Positions 12,050 to 25,755 of a stretch of 64,000 nt of DNA are shown in pieces. Positions within the stretch are counted from its first letter, which is position 1; each line of letters begins with the position of its first letter. The notes below the pieces were generated by a model. The model searched no databases. It was given only the letters and a program-made list of their open reading frames with translations, and was not told the DNA's origin. Source of the DNA: Geosiphon pyriformis uo1 (taxonomy: Eukaryota; Fungi; Glomeromycota); the NCBI GenBank assembly GCA_016748015.1, contig JAAOMT010000295.1:806001-870000 (forward strand), read 5' to 3'. The translations under genes and the position numbers were made by a program.

Positions 12050-13369
12050 ATGATAATAGACTTAAACAACTACTCTGCCTTAATAGAATTTTTAGATAAA
12101 AAACAATACCCACCAGAATACACTTAACAGCAAAAAAAACATTTATGCAAACAATCAAATATCTATTTGATCTGCCAAAACCAATTATATAAAAAAAACA
12201 GAAAAGATCTTAACTGCCCCCAAAGAGTTATCAAATTTGAAGAAAAAGAAATTGTAATATATAACATGCATACTGATTCATTAGCTGAACACTTTGGAAA
12301 AACAAAAACAATTCAGAAAACTTTAGCTTGCTATTATTGGCCTACTTTGGGAAAAGACATTGCTGAATACATCAAAACCTGTGACATCTACCAAAGAAGA
12401 GGCAAATCCAATCACAAAAAAAATATCCATCCAATCTCTGTTGGTTAACCATTTGACAGAATTGGTATAGATGTTATTGGACCTTTAATAATAACTCCTG
12501 ATGGCAACAGATACATTATTACAGCTACCAATTATCTTACAAAGTGGGTAGAAGCAAGAGCCACTCCAGACCAAACAGCAGTCTCAATAGCCAATTTTAT
12601 TTATAAAGATATCATTTGCTGTCATGACTATCCCAAAGAACTTTTATCTGATAAAAGAAGAGCTTTTCTCAGTACACTGGTTGAAAAACTTTGTAGAAAA
12701 ATAGGAATACATCATAAACTTTTCTCCTCTTATTATTTTTAAACAAATGATTTAGTGGAACGTTTTAATAAAACACTATGTAAAATCTTGGCCAAAACCA
12801 GTAAAGAAACAAACTTATGGGACAAAATACTACTTTCAGCCTTGTTTGCTTATAGAACTGTAAATCATAACATAACAAATTATAAATCTTTTTATCTGCT
12901 CTATGAATACATGGCAACACTACCAATAAAAATTAACATTGAAATAATATCTTTTAAAGAAATCACATTAGGAAATTACAAAGACATTTTGCAAAAAAGA
13001 CTTGGTACCATTTTTGACTCCTTAGTAGAAGCACAAATAATTGCTTTTGAAAAGATAAAACAGTTCCAAGAAAAGCTTAAAAGAAAAAAAACCTATAAAA
13101 TCCTTTTTTTAAGTGTTGGTGACTTGATATTAGAATACTGTTCAGACAGAAACAATGTCTATGGTAATGAATTCTCTAGCTGATGAAAAGAACCCTTTAT
13201 AGTCAACAAAGTTTTGAACAATGGTTCTTATATTTTTTAAGATCAATCCAGAACAATCTTCAATGATTGTCCTGTTTATAGTACATGACTCAAAAAATAT
13301 TATAAACGATCTGATTGGTTGCCTGTTGTAATAATATTGACCCAAATGATCAACAAAAATCAAGTATAA
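12050..13369 (+). pseudogene. Integrase (separate ORF), degraded
   Basis: HTDSLAEH...CDIY, ERFN and NGSY motifs. Confidence 0.85.
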
Positions 13370-13410
13370 ATAAATGCACTATTTCTAAAACAGAGGTATT
13401 TTCAATTAAC

Positions 13411-14067
13411 ATGAATAATTATTTTCTGGATTAAAACATTTAAAATGTTTTCTATACTCTCTATGAGTATTAGATCAAAAACTATCCAAATGCTACTTTG
13501 ACCATTGGAAAACAAACCATCATAACTGATAACAATAGAACACATACTGTTATTAGACCAAAGAAAACCACTACCAAAAGAAAAAAAATTAGTAGCAAAA
13601 TAAATAAATATTTGTTAGAAAGTATAACAGCCACTATACTCTCACCTTCTAGCACAATTGGAAAAACAATTCAAGAAATTTTGTCTATAGACAAAAATCT
13701 GTCATATGAAAGGCAATTAGAACTCTATAATCATCTTGAAAAAATCATAGAGAATATAAAACTTATGAAGAAAACAACTTCAGAGATACAGGCAGAAATT
13801 TTGGGCATTATATGATTAGATGTCTTAAGAGTTTTAACTATTGCTAAAAGAGCCAAAACTCTAATACAAAGATTTGGTCTCTTGAATACAAAACTCATTT
13901 CACTTCAAGTATTATATACCCTATCCACAAAAAACTTCAACAAACTAGTTAGCTTTGAGTTAGATAAAACTCTTCAAATAAACTACACTATAAATAACTT
14001 GATTTCACTGGAGCTTAATCTTTTTGGAAAAGATGATGTTATAGTTGAAACCTATACTTCTTATTAA
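13411..14067 (+). pseudogene. Accessory ORF downstream of integrase (unknown function)
   Basis: ATG AAT AAT at 13411. Homologous to 30947-31603. Confidence 0.7.
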
Positions 14068-14786
14068 TTACATGTATTAGCCACTGATGTCATATTATTA
14101 TGGTTAAAACTTACACTTCTTATTAATTATCACATGTATTAGTCACTGATGTCATATAATTAGCCACTCTATTTTTAAAAAGTGATTATTGACCTGACTG
14201 TTGACCTGATTATTGACCTGATCATTAACCTAGTCGTTGATCTAATCATTGACCACTTTTGATAGCTATATAAGCAATAAATCTCTTAGCTGTAGAAAAG
14301 CATGTAAGAATCAAAAAAAATAAAAGAAATAAAATAACAACTTTCATCTCAATTATTTTCTTATTGCTAATTTCTCTTTCCCTATTTTTAATTATCTAAA
14401 CATCTTGGGATAAAAGATTACTTGTTGGTTATTTCTTACTCTTTTTCTAAAACATGTAATTACAGCATTTGAAGATTATTAAATAAAATGTGACTGAAGA
14501 ATATATTTGATACCTGATATTAAATTCTAAGAGTACTAATATGAGGCATAGAATTATACCAGTATGTGATCATTTATTAACAGTATGGACTATTTCTTTA
14601 CTTTCAGATTTCCTGGTTATCCTTGAAAAGTATAGTAATTGAGATATTTTATGAGACTGATCTTGCATATTGAATCTATACTTATTCAATTTGCTCTTTA
14701 AAGTTGAATTTTCTTTGATTTCTTTCATTACTCTACAATTTTGTTCTTCTTGACTATCCATTAGCTTGTTACTCCAACTTGTAATA
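14037..14786 (+). repeat. 3' LTR of A' (first ~60 bp duplicated in tandem)
   Basis: TGTTA...GTAATA termini; matches 23416-24115. Confidence 0.9.
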
Positions 14787-15895
14787 ATAACAAAACAATT
14801 TAAGTACTGCTGTTTTTTTTGACAAAAACTACAGACTCATAATACCAAAGTTTTAAGAAGAAACCAACTGACTTTGTTGTTTTTAAACTTGCTTTTTTAC
14901 AGTATTTTTGTGATTCTAATATGCTTGTTAGACTACAAAATCAGTTCAGCATAATAAAACAAAAAAATTACAAAGTAATAACTACTTATTTTGAAAAGTT
15001 CAATCAAATTTTTCGACAAATATAGACAATTAAACAAAACTATTATATCACAAAACAAATCTTCAACCAATTTATCAAGAGATTAAGAAACAGTATTTTA
15101 CAATTTATAAGATTTAGTTACTTAATTAACTTGCAAAAAGCAGTTATCTTTGCCCATAATATTAAATCAATAGAACAAAAAGCCAATTATACTCAAGCTA
15201 TTAATTTGGCTATAAATAAAACCTCTAATATTAATATAAAGCTTACCCAATTAAGTAAAAAATTAACTTAAAAAATTGAGAGATTCTTAGCTAGAACTGC
15301 AAAAACTTATCAATTATCACAATAGAAAGACAACATCAATAGATACCAATAATAGTAGAATTAACAACAATAACAACAACTCTGAAAATTAAATTTTTAC
15401 AATTGTTACTACTGTTAGAAATCTGAACACATTGTCAAAATTACTGAAAAAAATAGCAAACCAAAATTAAGGAAACTAATATTAACAACTAAGATATTTT
15501 TAAGCCATAGGACTTCAATATTTTATATCTCAATATTAACCATTATAATATTCACATTAACTGTCCCAAAATTACTATTAGCAATCATAAGCAATAATAC
15601 AAATAATGTCTTAGTATCAAGCTTTCTTATATAATTATTTTAAACTTTAAGCAATTAACTATAACCAAGAATAACAAAACACTAATAAAAATTAGACACA
15701 TCCTATCAGTAGGCTATTTTGACTAATAAACTGTAACAACATATTATTTTGAACAGCACAAACTGGATATCCAAACCAGGTCTTGTATCTTGATCATATA
15801 GAAATTCTGAATTTTGGTAATACTACATCTTTAGAAAAAAAAATGTAGTTAGAATTATTAATTCTTCTATTCAAAATACAAATCTGTCTACCAAT

Positions 15896-16400
15896 ATGAT
15901 CCCATCTACCATAATTATTGAAGATTATACTCTTGTTACTATATTTTTATTTAATGTTAATAATTTATATACTACTAATCTTTTTAGTAGAGCTGTTATT
16001 AATCAGGATAAACCAATTATAACAATATATATTGATGCTAAAATAGAACAATTAAATATTAAATTAATACTCAACAGTAGATCTGCAGACAGCATAATTA
16101 TAAAACAACTTATAGATTAATTAAGTTATAAAATAAATCATGCAACTACTATTAAAATAATTATCACAGATAAAAATACTAAAACACCAATAGAAGAGAT
16201 CAACAATTTTTTTTTCGAAATTCATAGAATTAATATCTCAATTAAGTATTTGTTATGAAAGCCATTCAGTATTAAACTCTTGTAGAAAATAATTAATTAA
16301 CTAAAACTCACATCATACTTGACTAGAACACCCAAGAACTTCAGATCATTTTTAATAAACAATATGCTAAAGTATCTACTATGTATAAACACTTCAAAAT
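15896..16400 (+). pseudogene. Retropepsin-like aspartic protease of C
   Basis: IKLILNSRSADSII, a decayed LILDSGSAGSII. Confidence 0.75.
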
Positions 16401-17419
16401 AACAACCCTAAAACAATTTCTAATCAAATTTAAAGAACCTACCTTCTAGCCAATTTTGAAAACTTATCAAGTTTTTTGGATTGATGATTACAAAACAGAG
16501 TTATCACTACTTTTTACATGAGAAAAAAAAAGTAAAGAAAGAGCTGACAAAGAATCCATGACAGCACTATTAATCTATTTAACTTCAAATTAAAGAAATC
16601 AATCTTATTGACTTCTAAAATTAATCTGTGTTGATTGTGAAAAAAAGTTATTTTCAATAAATGCTTACATCAGAAACAATAAAATATGGCCAACTGTTAC
16701 CAAATACTATTGCTAATCTTGTGTATTGAAATAATTTGAATAACCAAAACAGTAAGACAAATAAAACAATATATTATGCTTTACATGTAGTAAAATTTTA
16801 TCAGATAAAAAATTGTGGAATAATGTCTTTAACAAAGAAGAAACATGTAACAAATTCTGCTAATATAATATTTTAATTAATAATTGGACCTGAAAAAAAA
16901 CTTTATTTGCCATGGTCTATAGTTAAACAATAAACTAACTGAATTTATACCTCTACAATAAAAAAAAATTTGGAAAATAACCACAGCCAAATAGAAAAAT
17001 GCCACAATTAATAAAATACACACCATAAAAAATGTCCCAATAACTATCAAAAAAATGAACAACCTATTTACAAATAATCCTAAAGCATTCTAAAACCAGT
17101 ACCAAAAACTGGCTTATACCCAAGAAAAACAAAAACAAAGATTAGCAGACCTTAATACAAAACTGTACAATTATTGCTTGATTCTTTGTTATTTTCAATA
17201 CTACAACAAATGTAATTTCTTGTTTAATTCACTTCCAAAAACATTATACCCTATTACTAAACTACCAAAATCTGAAGAAGAATATGAGTTTACTATTAAA
17301 AACATGTTATTTTAAGAGCCAAGTAAGACTATTAAAATAGAAAAGTATCTTGTCTATTTTAATCTCTTCAAAAAGTTAAAATTGAAATAGTATAATAATA
17401 ACAATAAAAAAATATGTCC

Positions 17420-17810
17420 TAAAAAAACACATAAAAACAAAATTGAATTTGATTTAAAATACTTCAGATAATTTTCTATAGTTATAGCTTCATATTTTTT
17501 TGTAAAAATATATCTCAAAATAGCTTTAAAAATTTCTATTAATACTATAATTTAAGTTGTTTTTTGGTTTAGCCTTGTAAAGAAAAAAATCAATGTAAAA
17601 AAAAGAATTATTGATGCTAAATACACTGAAAACATTATTGTAATACTATAAAACAATTTCAATAAACTCTACACAATTAAATCACATGAAAAAATTACCC
17701 AAGCTATTTTTTTACTCTTTGTAAAAATATTACAATTAACCCCAGTTATTACATGTAAAAAATTAAGTCTTATTGCATAAGAAATTAACAGATTTGGATC
17801 AAGTAAAAAA
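17420..17810 (+). pseudogene. dut: dUTPase domain of C (degraded)
   Basis: (G)FDLKY, IIDAKYTENI, KITQAIFL and (G)FGS appear in the order of the trimeric dUTPase motifs. Confidence 0.75.
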
Positions 17811-18692
17811 GAAAACATACCAGTTAATTTTACAAAAGAAAACAATAACAAAATAGAAATTATCTATACCAATATAGTTATCTCTATTTTTCTATATTGA
17901 CAATATATTTTAGAAATGAATCAGAAAATTCAAAATTAGGTTTTATTATTCAAAATTAATCCAGAAATTTGTTCTTTAGCCAATATTGCTAATTTATATA
18001 TATTTGTTAAAACTTAAAATTTCTATCCACAATCCCACTGAAGATGTTATCAAAATTTTCAAAAAAACTCTTGTTGGCTTTATTTTTCTGAACATTTAGA
18101 ATTCTAAAAAATTCCAGCCTATTTTAGACTTTACATAATTGTTTTTATTTTGTAATATTATCTTACAAATATGAAATCTGTCAAAAGAAAGTTATCTGTT
18201 TACACCAGAAAAAATTGTTAAACTAAACCTGAAAAACTTAAGTATATTATAACAGATATAACTTAAAATTTTCTTAAACCAATATACCAATGTCTTTGCC
18301 AGTAAAAATGAATTTGAACACACTGATATTGTAAAACATCAAATTGACACAGAAAATGCCTGACCCATTAAACAACAGATTTACCAAATAATCTCCACCA
18401 ACAACAATCTAATTAAACAAGAGGTACAATGAATGCTAAATAATAGATTGATCAAAAAATTGTTAAGCACTTGGTCTTTCTTAGTCATATTGGTTACCAA
18501 GTAAAATAAAAAAATACAGTTTTGTATAGACTATTAAAAGCTTAATAGTATTATTCGAAAAAATAGATACTAACTCTTTTTATTCAAGAAATTTTGGATA
18601 ATTTAGGAAATAAAAAATAATTCTTATTATTAAATCTAGTCAATAAATATTGACAAGTCGAAATAAATCCCAAAAATAAAAAAAAATGACAT

Positions 18693-19664
18693 TGTTACCA
18701 GAGGTTTTTGGTCTCTTTTCTTGAATGTTGTAAATGTTGATTTGCTGTGAATTCACGTTTTCAGGAAGTAGTTGGACCTCCAGTAACTGAATTTATCTTC
18801 AAATTATCTCTTATAATTTGAACTACTGGGCTTATAAGTGGAATGTCCAATTCTATGCCAGTTACTTTGTGTAGTTACATTGTAGTAAATGTTAACTCTT
18901 TTCCAGGAATTGCTCATCTGGAAGCTTACTAGAAATGTGTAGTTACTTTGCTGTAAAAGTCAACTTTTCTACAGAAATCTTGTCTATAGGCTATCCTAAT
19001 GATTATGATAAAAAAATAAAAGAAAAATAAAAAAAATATAAAAGAAATAAAATTCTGTCAAGGGAAACGTTTTCTATTCAGGTCTGGAATCACTAACAGT
19101 TTATTGAAATTAGTAGCTAATCAATTTCAAAACGTTAATTGTGTTGAGAGAATTTCAAGTATAATAATTTAAGAATTTGGTTTTCGAATATTTAATTTTT
19201 ATTTAAATGTGTAAAAGGTGATTTGTTCTAATAAGAATATCTAAGGTGAGATACTATGTTAAAACACTATGAGAAGATATATTTTCTTGAAGAGAGAAGC
19301 TCTTCTTTTATACAACTTGTTGTAGTACTAGTTTTTGAACTTGCACTTTTCTCTTTACTACAATTTGGGTGAACTAAAAATACATTTTGGCAAATTTACA
19401 AGTTATTTCACTGAACTATTGATTATTTCGGCAAATTTTCATTAATTTTGGCGAATTTTGACTATGTTAAATGGTTCAAGATATTGTGTAATTTGATCAT
19501 CTTAATTTCTAGAGTACAAATCAGATTATTAATTGAGTAATGATATTTGATAATTTGATTAAATAATAAGTGATAATCAAAATAATAATAATATATGCTA
19601 ATTAATAATAGAAATTATGAGAGTAATTTCATACTAATTAATAGCTAAAATTCTACTGGTAACA
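18693..19664 (-). repeat. 3' LTR of D
   Basis: 9-bp terminal inverted repeats; preceded on the minus strand by the purine tract GAAGAAAAGA. Confidence 0.95.
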
Positions 19665-20309
19665 TAATCTTTTCTTCAAGACTGAGCTCTATTGAAGTCT
19701 AAGCACTATCTGTAATGTTAAGATAGTGGTCCAAGATAATTGAAGTGATCTGGTTTGAAAATTGTTGAAACTTCAGTTCTGTGAGCTTTTCAATGTATTG
19801 AATCTTCATTGAATAGAGTATTAGATTTTGTAGGATATTTTCACAAGTGTTAAATAAATCATAGAGTCTAAATGCTGCTCTAAGTTTGTAGCAAATGTTT
19901 GTTGGTCCAGCTGCTGTTTTGAATTCATTGTGAATTTGTTTTTGTATAGTTTTAGAAGTGAGATTTGTTGTTGTAAATTTTAGTTTTCGTTTATAAAGTG
20001 TTTTCCAATATAAAAATATCTATATATAAGGGTATGTTTATTGTTCTGTTCATTAAGAAATAGTAAAAATTTCTGTTGGATTGTAGCATTTGGTAGAATG
20101 TCAATAAGGGCAGATAAAAAGTTTTCTTTTAGTGCTTGCTTCAAAAGTTCTGGTAACCTATTTTCAGAGTGACCTTTTGTTTTTCTTCTATAGAGGTGAT
20201 AATTTTTAGAATTATTTACTATTGGGGCTGTGGTTTCTTTCTGAATGTAATTAATTTGACTTCCATTAATTGTTATGGATAAGTCAGAAAGTGTTTTCAA
20301 GGCTAACAT
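19645..20309 (-). pseudogene. Accessory ORF of D downstream of integrase (one frameshift at ~19980)
   Basis: ...YRYFYIGKHF...CYKLRAAFRLYDLFNTC...SIELSLEEKIM, running through the PPT into the LTR. Confidence 0.6.
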
Positions 20310-20513
20310 TAATTTTTGGGATATTTGTTGGATATTTCGGAGAATAATTATGATAAAAATAACTAACCAACTAAACAAAAGAATAAGAAAATTATTTTTG
20401 GATGTGAAAATTTTTATTTGTTTTTGGGTTTGAGTTTTTCTTGTAATTATTTACTATTTTTGTTTTCGTTTTTGTGTTTTTATTAAAAAAGATTATTATA
20501 AAAATATGTTGAA

Positions 20514-21899
20514 TTAAGTGTTCAAATTTGGTTGTTGTTCTATTATGATTATTAGTTCTAAATTTTGGGGAATATCTTCAAGATTAATTAAAGAGAAATG
20601 TGTACCAATTTGTGGAATTAATGGTTCAGGATTGTTTCTGAAGTGATAGTGTTTCAATCTATCTCCATGTGCAACTTTGGCTAGTACTTTGTCATCAAGT
20701 CTTAACTTGTATGATCTATTGCCTAAAATTTCGTAAATATAAAATGGTCCATCCCATTTATGTTCAAATTTTTCACTCCATTGTTTTTCAGTCTTAGTTT
20801 TGTGTAAGAAAACTTTATTTCCAACTTTAAATTTGTTGGTAACTGATGGCAGTTTGCTGTCATGTCTTTCTTTTTATAGGGCTTGGGAGTGTTCAATATA
20901 AGTGGCTGCTATGTGTTTTTTTCTTTTCAATGTACTGAGAAGAGTGTAGACTCTTCTTTGGAGTGTTTCTTGAAAGTTTTCTTCATTGATTGGTTGTATT
21001 GAATATGTTTCCACTGTAAAATTAATTGGTAATATTGTTGTCTTTCCATAAATAAGATCAAATGGTGTGTGTTTTGTAGTATTTTGTTTTAGTGTTTTGT
21101 ATGCTAATAACACTAATGGAATAAAGATATCTTATTTCTGCTCAAAATTAGTTGAAACTTTGGCTAATGATTCACATAATGTTCTGTTGAAACATTCTAC
21201 AAGTCTATTTGTTTGGAAATAATAAGATAATGAGAAAGATCTTTTGACATTGAACTGTTCACAAATTTCTTGTATTAGGTTGTTCATAAAATGTATTTCT
21301 TGATTAGATAAAAGTTCAATTGGGCATCCATGTCTACAAATAATGTCTTCATAGATGAAATTTGCTACTGATTTTGCATCTGCTCTTTAAATGGCTCTAG
21401 CTTCAGGCCATTTAATAAGATAATCTACTGCAACTGCAATATAACAATTTCCTTGAGTTGTAATAGGTAATGGTCCGACTAAATTAATTCCAACTCTATC
21501 AAAAGGTTGTTCAACTTTGATTGGATTTAAAGATTCTGTGAGACAAGTTCCTCTTCTTCTTTGACAACTATCACAAAATTCTACATATTTTTGAATGTCT
21601 TTTTGCATTTGAGACCAAAAATAATGTTCAAGAGTTCTTTGAATTGTTTCATCTCTTCCTAAGTGTGCTGAAGAAGGATCTGTGTGCATGTTGTATAAGA
21701 TTGTTTCTTTTTTATTCTTTTGTACTAATCTGAGTAGTTGGTTTGGATTTCTGCAAATTTTGTAATAAATTTTGTTGTGATGTATGAAATATTGTTTGGA
21801 TTGGTGTTGTAATCGATGTTTTTTACTTGGAGACCAATTTTCTGGCATGGTAAGAGTTTCCAAATAGTTTTTAATATTGTTGTAATTTCTAAGATCCAT
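20514..21899 (-). pseudogene. Integrase of D (separate ORF)
   Basis: MDLRNY start; HTDPSSAH..CDSC; GINLVGP; WDGPFYI. No chromodomain. Confidence 0.9.
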
Positions 21900-21957
21900 T
21901 GTTATTTGGTTATTGTGTTGGTAGATTAGTAAATTGTAGTGGGTTTTGTTGTTGATG

Positions 21958-23415
21958 TTAATCTTGTCTCATTTTTGAAAGGCTATCAATATTGGTGTGT
22001 AGTTTTCCTGGTTTGTAGTGTACAATATATTTGTAGTCTGCTAGGAAGTTATTCCATTAAGACTGTTTAGCACTTTGTTCAGTTTTCTTTTTGTTGAGCC
22101 ATTTAAGACCAATATTGTCAATTATAATGTCAAATTTTTTTCTATTCTTTAAGTATTGTTAAAAGTGTTTAAGAGCCTAGATAACTGCAACAGCTTCTAA
22201 TTCAGTTGAGCCATATTTGAGTTCTGTTGACTTAAGTATTCTGCTGGCATAAGCAATGACTTGTTCTTGGCCATTTTCATCTAATTGTAATAAGATAACA
22301 CCAAAAGCTATGTGTGAAGCATTAGTGACTAGTTGAAACTGTTTGTTGAAGTCTGAGTAAACAAGAACTGGAGCTGTTGTTAATTTTGTTTTGAGGGTTT
22401 CAAAAGCTTTTTGTTGTTCTTCAGTCCATTAATATGGCATATTTTTGTTGGTAAGATAGTTGAGTGGTTTGGCAATTTCTGAGAATTCTTTTATAAATTT
22501 TCAATAGTAAGAGGCTAATTCTACAAATTCTCATAGCTCTGTGGTATTTTTGGGAGTTTAAAAGTTTTTGATAGCATTGATTGTTCTAGGGTTTGGTTTG
22601 ACTCCATCTTTGCTAACAATATGTCCAAGAAAGATTAAGCTTGTTTTTTCAAAGTGACATTTCTCAATGTTTAACTTTAATCCTGCTTTCCGTAATCATT
22701 GAAAAACTTTTCACAGGTGGATAAGATGGGCTTTAAAGCTTGATGAGTATACATTAGTGTCATTAAGATAGACAACTACTGATTGCCACAAGAGTCTTTC
22801 ATATACAACATCCATGAGTTGTTGGAATGTTGCTGGTACATTGCAGAGTTTAAAAGACATAACATTGAACTCATAGTTTCCTTCTTGAGTGGTAAATGCT
22901 GTTTTGAATCGATTTTTTGGGTTTATTTTGACTTGCCAGTATTCACTTTCCAAGTTTAAAGTTGAAAAGAACTTGGCTTTTCCTAGAGCATCTAACATGT
23001 TATCAATTCTTGGAAGAGAGTAGATGTCTTCAACTGTAACACTATTTAGTTGTTGATAGTCACACACAAAATCTGATTTTTCCGTTTTTCTTTTTGACAA
23101 GAACTACTGGTGAAGTCCAAGGACTTCCTGATGATTGAATTAATTTATTATTGAGCATTCTTTGGACTTTTTCTTTGATAAATTGGTGGCTAACAGGTAG
23201 AACTTGATAGGCTTGTTGTCATTTTGGTGGAGCATCTTCTGTGTGGATTTAATGTTAAATAATATCAGTTTTTCCAAGGTCATTGTTGTTTTTTGTAAAT
23301 ATATCTGCAAATTCAGCTATTAGCTGTTTCAATTGTTTTTGTTGTTGAGATTTTAAAGGACCCATGTTAATTTAAGAGAGTTTTTCTTCCAAAAGATGGT
23401 AGTTTTCAATAGTAG
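21958..23415 (-). pseudogene. pol: RT + RNase H of D
   Basis: DYQQLN, YSLPRID, VYLND, NASHIAFGV. Ends DSLSKMRQD*. Confidence 0.9.
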
Positions 23416-24115
23416 TGTTATGGTTGAGACTTATACTTCTTATTAATTATTACATATATTAGCCACTGATGTCATATAAATTAGCCACTCTATTTTTAGT
23501 AAGTGATCATTGACCTAATCAATGACTTGATCATTGACCTGACTATTGACCTAATCATTGACTTAGTCATTAACCTGATCATTAACCACTTTTGACAACT
23601 ATATAAGTGATGAATTTCTTAGCTGTAGAAAAGCATGTTCAAAATAATCAAGAATAAATAAAATAACAACGTTCATCTCAATCATTCTTTTATCACTAAT
23701 TTCCCCTTCCCTACTTTCAAGTATCTGAACATCTTAAAGATAAAAGATTACTTGTTAGTTATTCTCTACCCTTTTTCTGAAATGTGTAATTGCAGCAATT
23801 GAAGATTATTGAATAAAACATGACTAAAAAACACATCTGATACTTGATATTGAATTCTAAGAGCGCCAATATGAGGCATAGAATTATACCAAATGTGATC
23901 ATTTGTTGACAGTACTGACTATCCCTCTACTTTCAGATTCCCCAGTTATCTTTGAAAAGTATAGTGACTGAAATATTTTATAAGACTGATCTTACACATT
24001 GAATCCATACTTATTCAATTTGCTCTTTAAAGTTGAATTCTCTTTGATTATTTCTATCACCTTACAATCCTGTTCTCCCTTGCTATCTGTTAGCTTGTTA
24101 CTTCAACCCATAACA
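23416..24115 (+). repeat. 5' LTR of B (700 bp)
   Basis: TGTTATGG...CCATAACA; 12-bp array followed by TATATAA. Confidence 0.95.
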
Positions 24116-24121
24116 TAAAAG

Positions 24122-24139
24122 TGGTGCTCCCTGTGAGGT
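24122..24139 (+). promoter_or_regulatory. Primer-binding site TGGTGCTCCCTGTGAGG (tRNA-Ile(UAU)-like)
   Basis: TGG lies 6 nt after the LTR. It resembles the complement of eukaryotic tRNA-Ile(UAU) 3' ends; the tRNA identity is an inference. Confidence 0.7.
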
Positions 24140-24168
24140 TGTCAAAATCCACTTTGTTTCCTATTTGT

Positions 24169-25719
24169 ATGGGTGATTATTTATACTTATCACAATAATT
24201 AAAAGAACACTTTGAAGCACATAACAAAAACAATCTAAACTTTATTGAACTCAATCCTTTGCCCTCCTGCTTGATTTGCTTTTCCATTGAAAAACAATTC
24301 AGCAGACAATTCCAAGACTTTTAGAACTGGTTCCTGAATAAGCATTTAGCTGAAACCTACACAGTTTATATAATCTATTACTTTGACCAAGCTTATTTTG
24401 AAGACAACTTTGAAGAAAAAAACAACAGTATCAATTAGCTCTTATATTCTACAACCTTTGAACAACAGCCCCCTAATTCTGAATATCTGAATCATCAAAT
24501 CCACATTTGAATTGCTGCCCATCAAGCAATTGAAACTCTTTTCGAAACAAAAGAAGAAAGCTACTAAACTGTTTCTGTTTTTGATCTCTTTTCAAATAAA
24601 TCAGAACACTTAACACAAACAGTTACACCTGAACCAATGGCTCAAGACCCTCTACAACAAAACATTCTGATCGCTCTTCAAGGTATACAGACTGCTCTAG
24701 GGCAAAGAAACAACACCCCATTACTGTTATTCAGAAGTGATACCCAAGATCCAATTAAATGACTAGATGATTTTGAAAGAGCAGCCACAGCAAACCAATA
24801 TAATAATATATACAAGTTCCAAATTGTTGGTGGCTATCTCCAAGGCTCTCCTGCTACTTGGTTTTCACAAGAAACCAATGCCAATGCTTAACAACAAATT
24901 ATTAGATAGGCACCAGCAAATGCTGGAGAAGACAACATCTCTTTTACTACCTGGTTTGAAATGAAATTTAGAACTCCCATCTTAATCTCAAAATGGTGTA
25001 TGGAATTAGAAAGAAGAACTTAAGGCCCTGGTGAGGTTGTGACAGAATATGCCAAAGCAATAAGAAAACTTATTAAACAGATAGACTTTGGAAGAAATTA
25101 GACAGAAGAGCAAAAAATACATTCCTTCACAAAAAGACTGAGAACTGATCTATTATATGCTCTTTGGCTCCTTCTGGCCTTGAAAGATAATCCCACAATG
25201 GATATGGCCATTGAACTTGCTCAGAGAATAGAAGACAATCAAAGGATGCATCTAGAATTCATACTTCTAGTTTTTGCTCCTGCTCCTGTTATGGCTCCTA
25301 CTCCACAAATGGCTGCTACCTCTTTTGCTGCCCAAATTCAAGACCCAAATGAACAGTTAATAGATAGACTTACAGCTAATCTTGCCTAGCTATTAGAACC
25401 ATTAGCCCAAGCAGTCAAAAACAACCAGCAACCCCAAAGACCCAGATTTGAACCCTGCTTCAATTAGCCCCAGCAACCATCATATCAAAGACAAAATCAT
25501 GGCCTACCTATGTGCTATCACTGTGGACTAACTGGACACTTTTCTAAAAACTGTAACAATCCTTCATTACCCCCTTCAGCTCCTAGAAATAATGACACCC
25601 AGAATAACAGACCCAACAATAATAATGTTCCTAATTAGAGACTCAATTATGTCAACATCAATTTCTTTGGAGAAAATCTCTTAGTTGAAGCTACTGTTTA
25701 TCAGCCTTTAAACTGGTAG
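24169..25719 (+). pseudogene. gag: gag of B
   Basis: Retrotransposon gag core and knuckle CYHCGLTGHFSKNC, with premature stops. Confidence 0.9.
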
Positions 25720-25755
25720 GTATATCTTCAAAGGGTAAGAGTACAAGCCAATCAG
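25707..25755 (+). promoter_or_regulatory. Putative -1 ribosomal frameshift signal (T TTA AAC + stem-loop)
   Basis: The heptamer is in the gag frame two codons before the stop. The -1 frame is open into the pol ORF at 25803. Confidence 0.8.

Larger units (their letters stand above)
10583..14786 (+). mobile_element. 5'-truncated Ty3/gypsy element (B/E family, copy A')
   Basis: Contains RT, RNase H, integrase, a downstream ORF, a PPT (GGAAAAGATGA) and a 3' LTR. Collinear with B and E. Confidence 0.9.

Noticed and set aside
23500-23590. Short palindromic repeats as a possible CRISPR array
   Set aside because: They are contiguous 12-bp tandem units without unique spacers, located inside eukaryotic LTRs, and no cas genes are present.
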